This document shows positions 56,500-64,000 of a stretch of 64,000 nt of DNA, piece by piece. The notes under the pieces are model-generated. The model saw nothing but the letters and a program-made list of their open reading frames with translations. It searched no databases and was not told where the DNA came from. The stretch is taken from NCBI GenBank assembly GCA_951406725.2, contig OX597834.1:36084001-36148000 (forward strand), in the 5' to 3' direction. This stretch comes from Octopus vulgaris (Eukaryota). Numbering within the stretch: position 1 is the first letter of the stretch; each line of letters opens with the position of its first letter. Both the position numbers and the translations under genes were made by a program.

Positions 56500-57284
56500 G
56501 TCTTCTCAACAATTCGATGATTTCGTTTTGCATTGCTGCTGAGGTGTAGGTTACATTTTTTGGAATCGTGCTGTAACATTCCATTTGTATTGAGTCTTTC
56601 TCCAAACGTGCACTGGAATAATTTCATAAAAAGACCACAAGGCTACGTATCATCTTCCGAATAAATATCCTGAAAAGCTTCATTTTCGTTTCCTCGAAAA
56701 GGCAATTCGTTTGCACAAAGAAAATGAACAATATCAACAATGGAACTGATATAATAACGGCTTTTGCTCAACTGATCATTTTCCAAGATTGAAGACATGG
56801 ATATTGTTGTGGATAAACGCTGTTGGCGTTCCTTCCATGTGACCATAGCTTGGATATGGGATGCAGAGTTTGAGCGCTTATTTGAACCTTTGTTTTTTTC
56901 TTTTGCATGATGCCAATTAGAATATCCCTTTTTAATGAAACAAGTATCAGCTTGAGCAGAAGTATTAAAATGCCGACAAGCGAAACAAGACAAGGCTTTC
57001 TTTGAATGAGAATACTCTAACCATAAACGACCATTATACCAGCTTGACGAGAAGTCACGTCTCTGATTTCCATAAATTTTTGGATCAAAATTCGTTAGAA
57101 CTGGCTGCACCGGTTGGCAGTCGACCTGTCCTAGATCATCCAATGAAGGTGTCGAAGACTTTGCAAGACCTCCCTTGAGCTGCGAAACTTCGTTTGCAAT
57201 TCTCTTCTGCTTAGCATTATTAGATGAATCAGATTGGAAATTCAGCAATGATTGCTTCAGTTTTCTTTTTCGGTAGTGATTCAA
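56500..57284 (-). pseudogene. hAT transposase N-terminal relic (ZnF-TTF + DUF4371/ZMYM1-like)
   Basis: F..SWY..RLWLEYS..KKALSCFACRHF..GYSNW..SASHIQAM..FLCANELPFRG, then an in-frame stop and a frameshifted TYTSAAMQNEIIELL. Confidence 0.88.
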
Positions 57285-57630
57285 TATATTTGGGCACCGA
57301 TATTCGCAATAATTAATTCTAAGGTAGAATATCGTAGTATGTATTTTTAAATTAAACTCGAAAGAGATTTCGGTTCAAGCAATTTTTTTCAATTTCTTCA
57401 AAGTTATATGGTTTTTTTTTTTTAGTTAAACACAAAATAATTTCAGTATAAACTTTGTTCAAAGAGTAAGAAAAATTATTCAGTGGAAAGTTCTCACCTG
57501 AAAATTACTTTCTGAATGTTAATATTTTGGGAAATTTCAAAAATTTTCTTTCCTTTTTCGCGAATAATAATCCTCTCTGACTAGTAGAAATAAAATGACT
57601 TGTATAATGTCCGTCTCTGTTCATATATAT

Positions 57631-57850
57631 TACTCTTTACTCTCTTTTACTCTTTTACTTGTTTCAGTCATTTGACTGCGGCCATGCTGGAGCACCGCCT
57701 TTAGTCGAGCAAATCGACCCCGGGACTTATTCTTTGTAAGTCCAGTACTTATTCTATCGGTCTCTTTTGCCGAACCGCTAAGTGACGGGGACGTAAACAC
57801 ACCAGCATCGGTTGTCAAGCAATGCTAGGGGGACAAACACAGACACACAA

Positions 57851-57881
<31 letters not shown>

Positions 57882-58052
57882 CATATATACGACGGGCTTC
57901 TTTCAGTTTCCGTCTACCAAATCCACTCACAAGGCATTGGTCGGCCCGGGGCTATAGCAGAAGACACTTGCCCAAGATGCCACGCAGTGGGACTGAACCT
58001 GGAACCATGTGGTTGGTTAGCAAGCTACTTACCACACAGCCACTCCTGCGCC
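57631..58052 (-). mobile_element. SINE family A, full length, young
   Basis: Complete GGCGCAGGAGTGG head through (GTAAAAGA)n tail. Confidence 0.93.
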
Positions 58053-58156
58053 ATATACGTGCGTAGTGATGCGTTTGCTACCATAAATCTCTAAATACAG
58101 CAACAATTCTTCACATACTTTTCAACAACACGAACACCACCACCACCACCACTACC

Positions 58157-58191
<35 letters not shown>

Positions 58192-58552
58192 AAGAACAAC
58201 TGACCCAGCATCACCCACTCCTTAATTCAACTCACAGTTGCTTCAATAATTAGTGACAACAAACACCAGCTCTAATTTACTCTCATTTTCATATCCACTC
58301 AGTAAGTACTAAATCAAAAGAAATCCAATTTATTGCATCTTTAGCGACATCAGATACTGTATTTTCAAATACACAGGGAGATAGGAAAAGATAACTCGTC
58401 ACACAATAGTTGTAGATGTTAAAGGTAATTTTTTTAAGCTGATCGCTTGTGTTAAACGCTTTTGAGGAAGATTTAAAATATTCAAAGGAAATTCTAGGAA
58501 ATAGGAAGGAAGAAAAGATATCACCGCGTTGGATTTTTCTTTTTCTTTTGGA

Positions 58553-59725
58553 ATTCTTCTTCTTCTTCTTCTTCTTCTTTGTTTTCTTCTTCTTCTTTTC
58601 TTCTTCTTCTTCTTCTTCTTCTTCTTCTTCTTCTTCTTCTTCTTCTTCTTCTTTTTCTTCTTCTTCTTCTTCTTCTTCTTCTTCTTCTTCTTCTTTTTCT
58701 TCTTCTTCTTCTTCTTCTTCTTCTTCTTCTTCTTCTTCTTCTTCATCTTCTTCTTCTTCTTCTTCTTCTTCTTCTTCTTCTTCTTCTTCTTCTTCATCTT
58801 CTTCTTCTTCTTCTTCTTCTTCTTCTTCTTCTTCTTCTTCTTCTTCTTCTTCTTCTTCTTCTTCTTCTTTGTTTTCTTCTTCTTCTTTGTTTCCTTCTTC
58901 TTCTTTGTTTTCTTCTTTTTTTTTCTTCTTCTTCTTTCTTCTTCTTCTTCTTCTTCTTCTTCTTCTTCTTCTTTTTCTTCTTCTTCTACTTCTTCTTTTT
59001 TCTTCTTTTTCTTCTTCTTCTTCTTCTTCTTCTTCTTCTTCTTCTTCCTCCTCCTCCTCTGCCTCTTCCTCTTTCTCCATCTCCTCCCCTTCCTCCTCCT
59101 GCTCCTGCTCTTCTTCTTCTTCTTCTTCTTCTTCTTCTTCTTCTCTTCCTCCTCTTCCCCCTCATCCTCCCCTCATCCTCCCCACATCCTCCCCTTCCTC
59201 CTCCCCTTCCTCCTCCTGCTCCTCCTCCCGCTCCTCCTCCCGCTCCTGCTCCTCCTGCTGCTCCTGCTCTTGCACCTACTCCTGCTCCTCCTATTCTTCT
59301 TCTTCCTCCTCCTCCTCCTCCTCCTCCTCTTCTTCTTCTTCTTCTTCTTCTTCTTCTTCTTCCTCCTCCTCCTCTTTTTCTTCTTCTTTTGGAATTCTTC
59401 TTCTTCCTCTTCTTCTTCTTCTTTTCTTCTCCTCCTCCTGCTCCTCTCCCTTCTTCTTCTTCTTCTCCTCGTTCTCCTCCTCCTCCTCTTTTTCTTCTTG
59501 TTTTTCTTGTTCTTCATCTTCTTTTTCTTCTTCTTCATCTTCTTCTTCTTCTTCTTCTTCTTCTTCTTCTTTTTCTTCTTCTTCTCTTCGTTCTCCTCCT
59601 CCTCCTCCTCCTCTTCTTCTTCTTCTTCTTCTTCTTCTTCTTCTTCTTCTTCTTCTTCTTCTTCTTCTTCTTCTTCTTCTCCTTCTCCTGCTCCTCCCCT
59701 TCTTCTTCTTCTTCTTCTTCTTCTT

Positions 59726-59793
<68 letters not shown>

Positions 59794-59800
59794 CATCATT
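58553..59800. repeat. About 1.25-kb (TTC)n/(TCC)n polypyrimidine tract ending in (TTA)n
   Basis: Direct observation. It explains the long poly-S/F/L/E/K ORFs. Confidence 0.97.
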
Positions 59801-60218
59801 ATTAATGCAGGCAGTAGTTTAGCAATGTGTTACCAAAAGGGAAAGCTAAACTATATTTGTTATTAAATAAGACTTGGACTGTCTGAACAGCTACAGTGCT
59901 AGAAATAGGAGCTAAAGCGCTCTAATGCTGATTTCGGACAAAATCGCCATCAGTAAATAATGCTTATAAGTCATAATAGACTTGAAAACAAACAACTGCA
60001 GCAATACCAGATAGCTCATTCGCTTATTCTGATATACATACATACATACATACATACACACATACATACATACACACATACATACATACACACATACATA
60101 CACACGTACATACATACATACATTCATACATACATACATACATACATACATACATACATACATACATACATACATACATACACACATGCATACATACATA
60201 CATTCATACATACATACA

Positions 60219-60250
<32 letters not shown>

Positions 60251-60331
60251 CATACATACATACATACATACATACATACATACATACATACATACATACA
60301 TACATACATGCATACATACATGCATACACAC

Positions 60332-60380
<49 letters not shown>

Positions 60381-60401
60381 CATACATACATATATATATA
60401 T

Positions 60402-60566
60402 GGAGTGGCTGTGTGGTAAGTAGCTTGCTTACCAACCACATGGTCCCGGGTTCAGTCCCACTGCGTGGCACCTTGCGCAAGTGTCTTCTGCTATAGCCCC
60501 GGGCCGACCAATGCCTTGTGAGTGGATTTCGTAGACGGAAACTGAAAGAAGCCTGTCGTATATATG

Positions 60567-60597
<31 letters not shown>

Positions 60598-60808
60598 TTG
60601 TGTGTCTGTGTTTGTACCCCTAGCATTGCTTGACAACCGATGCTGGTGTGTTTACGCCCCCGTCACTTAGCGGTTCGGCAAAAGAGACCGATAGAATAAG
60701 TGCTGGGCTTACAAAGAATAAGTCCCGGGGTCGATTTGCTCGACTAAAGGCGGTGCTCCAGCATGGCCGCAGGCAAATGACTGAAACAAGTAAAAGAGTA
60801 AAAGAGTA
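60402..60808 (+). mobile_element. SINE family A
   Basis: Family match, preceded by a (TACA)n tract at 60033-60400. Confidence 0.92.
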
Positions 60809-60820
60809 TATATATATATA

Positions 60821-61039
60821 TGGTGCATAAATTATTGCGGCTTATTTCAATAAATTTCATTCAACAAAAAAAATAACATTTAACAAAAACGTCTTTAAAT
60901 GATTATTGCAGGGCATATATACTGGGGCATATAAACTTTAGTGTTTGCTCGGCGTTTTGTTTAAATTGGCGTTTTGTTTAAATTTTTTTATTCAATAAAA
61001 TTTATTGAAAAAAGCCGCAATAATTATGCACCAACCAAA
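60821..61039. mobile_element. Mariner MITE with Hsmar1/MADE1-like TIRs, left end clipped
   Basis: TGGTGCATAAATTATTGCGGC ... GCCGCAATAATTATGCACCAACCAAA|TA, similar to the TTAGGTTGGTGCAAAAGTAATTGCGG mariner TIR. Confidence 0.8.
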
Positions 61040-61268
61040 TACAAAAACGAAATATTATAGAGTTCTCTCCCTTGATGCTGATAAGCCGCTAAATTTCTGT
61101 TGCATTTTCTGAACTGGTAAGGTATGATAGAGTTTTCTCCCTTGAATGACGATTATTGAGAGTAGCCTCCCTTAACACCATATCCTTAACAATTTTTGGA
61201 ATTTCTGGGGTAAGTCATTGTTTTAATGCCTTATTATTTAATACATGCACCGGTTCGATTTCTCCTGA

Positions 61269-61630
61269 TTTATTACCTCCGCCTTCGCTAAGGCGGAGGT
61301 ATTGTTTTCAGTCATACTTGTTTGTCCGTGGACACAATATCTCAAGAACCACTGGATGGATTCGGATGAAACTTTCAAGGATGTTTGTCCTCGTGACTAC
61401 CACGAACTGATCCGATACCAGCCACAGATTCTGGATTATTTTCCCTGTTTTTTTTTTTTTTTTACTTAATTTTTGAGGGCGGTCGGTTTCATTTTTAGTA
61501 CTCTCGTTTGTGAGAGCAGTCAAGTTTATTTCAGATATTCTCATTTTAAAAATCATCTCTGGCCAATCGTTGAGAGGACGTTGGTGTCCCCTTGGCGGAG
61601 ATTTGCGCCCTCTGAGTGCTTTTGTTATTT
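61269..61630 (+). mobile_element. Helentron-associated (DINE-1/HINE-like) non-autonomous element
   Basis: 5' TTATTACCTCCGCC with a local palindrome, 3' subterminal CTTGGCGGAG, stem-loop GCGC..GTGC and T-rich ends. Confidence 0.75.
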
Positions 61631-61637
61631 ATATTTT

Positions 61638-61710
61638 CCCATATAAAATTTTCGTTGCTTTTGCAACCTTGTCAATGGATGATGAAGAGCTTTGCTCGAA
61701 ACGTTAAATC
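61638..61710. ncRNA. Two back-to-back divergent hammerhead-like motifs
   Basis: Minus 61638-61679: TCCA TTGACAA G GTTGC-aaaa-GCAAC GAAA ATTTTA TA TGGG (U3-A8). Plus 61679-61710: ATGATGA A GAGC-ttt-GCTC GAAA CG TT (C3 and stem I lost). Confidence 0.55.
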
Positions 61711-61807
61711 GTCTTTCTTTCCTTTCCTGAGCGGCTGATAATAAAGTACTTGTTCCACGTTCACGCATTATTGTTTTTTTCTTGTTTGTTCTTCTTTGTT
61801 TGGATTC

Positions 61808-61851
<44 letters not shown>

Positions 61852-61954
61852 TATATATAGTTAATCCAAACAAGAAAACACAAAAAAAACACAACAACGC
61901 GAGGACGTGGAACAAATATAGTATTATTGGACGCTCAGGAAGGAAGGGAAGAAG

Positions 61955-62007
<53 letters not shown>

Positions 62008-62009
<2 letters not shown>

Positions 62010-62178
62010 CGCAGGAGTGGCTGTGTAGTAAGTAGCTTGCTAACCAACCGCATGGTTCCGGGTTCAGTCCCACTGCGTGGCATCTTGGGCAAGTGTCTTC
62101 TACTAAAGCCCCGGGCCGACCAATGCCTTGGGAGTGGATTTGGTAGACGGAAACTGAAAGAAGCCTGTCGTATATATG

Positions 62179-62209
<31 letters not shown>

Positions 62210-62419
62210 TTGTGTGTCTGTGTTTGTCCCTCTAGCATTGCTTGACAACCGATGCTGGTGTGTTTACGTCCCCGTCACTTAGCGGTTCGGCAAAACAGAC
62301 CGATAGAATAAGTACTGGGCTTACAAAGAATAAGTCCCGGGTCGATTTGCTCGACTAAAGGTGGTGCTCCAGCATGGCCGCAGTCAAATGACTGAAACAA
62401 GTAAAAGAGTAAAAGAGTA
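62008..62419 (+). mobile_element. SINE family A, full length
   Basis: Complete family match. Confidence 0.93.
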
Positions 62420-62429
62420 TATAAAATAA

Positions 62430-63616
62430 TAGATAACTTTAGTTATCAAAAAATGCTATGTGGATAAAAATAAACCTTCTTTTCTATAATGTTATTCAAT
62501 AAAGCCACCTTCAGCTTCAACAACTGCTTCTGTATGAGATCTAAATCATCTACATGTTTGAATCAAGTGGTCCTGGTTCATTTTAGACATTACTCTGACT
62601 ATGGCAGCTTTCAAAGAATCTTTGGTGTTATGGGCATGTTCATTGACCTCTCTCTCAACAATGCGCCACATGTAATAGTTTAATGGATTGCGATCTGGGG
62701 AATTAGGAGGATAAATGTTAGGGGTTATGGGATCACGAAATTTTCAGCCATCCATTTTTGTGTTACTAGAGCCATGTGTAACAGTGCAGAGTCTTTCTGA
62801 GACACATATGGCCTTCCATTGCATACACTGTTTATCCAGGTCTTAACACTTATTTTCAGTCCCTCAGTGTAGCCGGCAGAGTTAACTCTAAGGTCTTGTA
62901 GAACGAAGTAAGGAGGTACCACATGTCCTTCATTACTGACAACCCCTAAAACCATGGGAGTTACAGGAAATTTTGTATGCATAACTTTTGAGAGGGTTTG
63001 CACATAACCATCTGTTATTTCTTCTGTTAACTTTTTGATCTTAGTCGACATTTTTCTCGTTTGAGAAAAACCAAATCAAGTCTGCTGGATTTTTCTGTTC
63101 ATTTAAGAACCTTTTAGATCTGATGTAGTGATTTGGGTTTGCTTTTTCGGACAAATTGACCTTTCCACATCATATAAGACTTATATCTGATATCTTCATG
63201 GACAACATTTCTGACTGTTCTTTCTGACACATGAAGATCTTTTGCAATTGACCTCATGAACTTTCTAGGACTGTAATCAATGGTCTGTTGAACTTGTTGG
63301 ATAAATTAAGGTGTTCTGATGATTTCAGAACGTTTAGAATGCTTTTTATGCTTTGATACTAGTGATACGTTTCTATCCTCAGTATCTAACTCCTTATAAA
63401 CTTTGTAGACGAAAGATCTGGGAACTTTTAAAAATCGAGATATTTTTAAATCGCTATGCTCAGCCTTTATAACCACAATAACAGCATACCTCTTCATTTG
63501 TTGAGTAAGCTGAGGTTCTGCCATTATTATTTTTTTAAACAAACATTATACAGAGTAAGCAAAAAATGCAGCAATGACCTACAAAATGTATGTCCTCAAA
63601 TACTTTACACACCCTG
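62430..63616 (-). pseudogene. Nearly full-length decayed maT-type (Tc1/mariner) transposon
   Basis: HTH-type N-terminus MAEPQLTQQMKRYAVIV.., WFFSNEKN, MVLGVVSNEGHV, RPYVSQKDSA, PPNSPDRNPLNYYMW, AVVEAEGGFIE*. Contains stops and frameshifts. TIR end CAGGGTG at 63616. Confidence 0.9.
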
Positions 63617-63622
63617 TATATA

Positions 63623-64000
63623 CAGGGTGCGGTGAATTAACTATCGTCTAAATTATACAAAAATGAAAATAACACTGACATCTCATTTAACAGACGTATT
63701 TACCAAAATTACATAAAAATATCTTGAAACAATAAAGAGTAAATTTGTTCAGTAAAATTACCATTGGCTTCAACCACGGTCTCCAGACGACTTCGGAATC
63801 TCCTAAAACTCTTCTGGATGGTCTCTCTGTTTAAGTTGGTGAATGCTGCCATAATCCTTGCCTTCAGTTCATCTTTGGTGTTACAAGGAATTTTGTTGGT
63901 CTTTCACTCAACTGCACCCCACACATAATAATCAAGGAGGTTGCAGTCTGGAGAGTTAGGTGGCCAGATTTTAGGGGTGATGTGGTCACAGAAATTGTCT
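63623..64000 (-). pseudogene. 3' end of a second maT transposon (same family as 42962-43668), runs off the window
   Basis: DNFCDHITPKIWPPNSPDCNLLDYYVWGAVE..NTKDELKARIMAAFTNLN..FRSRLETVVEANG, with TIR TA|CAGGGTG. Confidence 0.9.

Noticed and set aside
56643-57284. Host ZMYM1/ZNF862-like gene
   Set aside because: Homology continues past an in-frame stop and a frameshift and then ends near a Helitron; this is a decayed hAT transposase.
58289-59866. Long ORFs of 400+ aa (poly-S/F/L/E/K)
   Set aside because: Translations of TTC/TCC repeats that lack stops in several frames.

Overview
This is AT-rich, microsatellite-saturated eukaryotic intronic or intergenic DNA. The repeat repertoire closely resembles that of Octopus (coleoid cephalopod) genomes; this is recognition from memory, not a database result. 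No intact host gene, rRNA, true tRNA or CRISPR array can be supported, and nearly all ORFs in the track are translations of simple repeats. The window holds at least five short retroposon (SINE-like) families, four with a visible tRNA-type head, and decayed LINE pieces (RTE, R4/Dong, HERO-type). It also holds DD37D (maT) and hAT transposase relics, mariner, Tc1 and hAT MITEs, non-autonomous Helitrons, a Helentron-type element, long fold-back palindromes and satellites. The most notable hidden signal is about 11 minimal type-I hammerhead-ribozyme-like motifs in short, mostly (TA)n-bounded, often inverted repeats of Penelope or retrozyme style. One has a fully canonical core, and four replace C3-G8 with a compensatory U3-A8 or G3-C8 pair. 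One family places the hammerhead behind a tRNA-type Pol III head.
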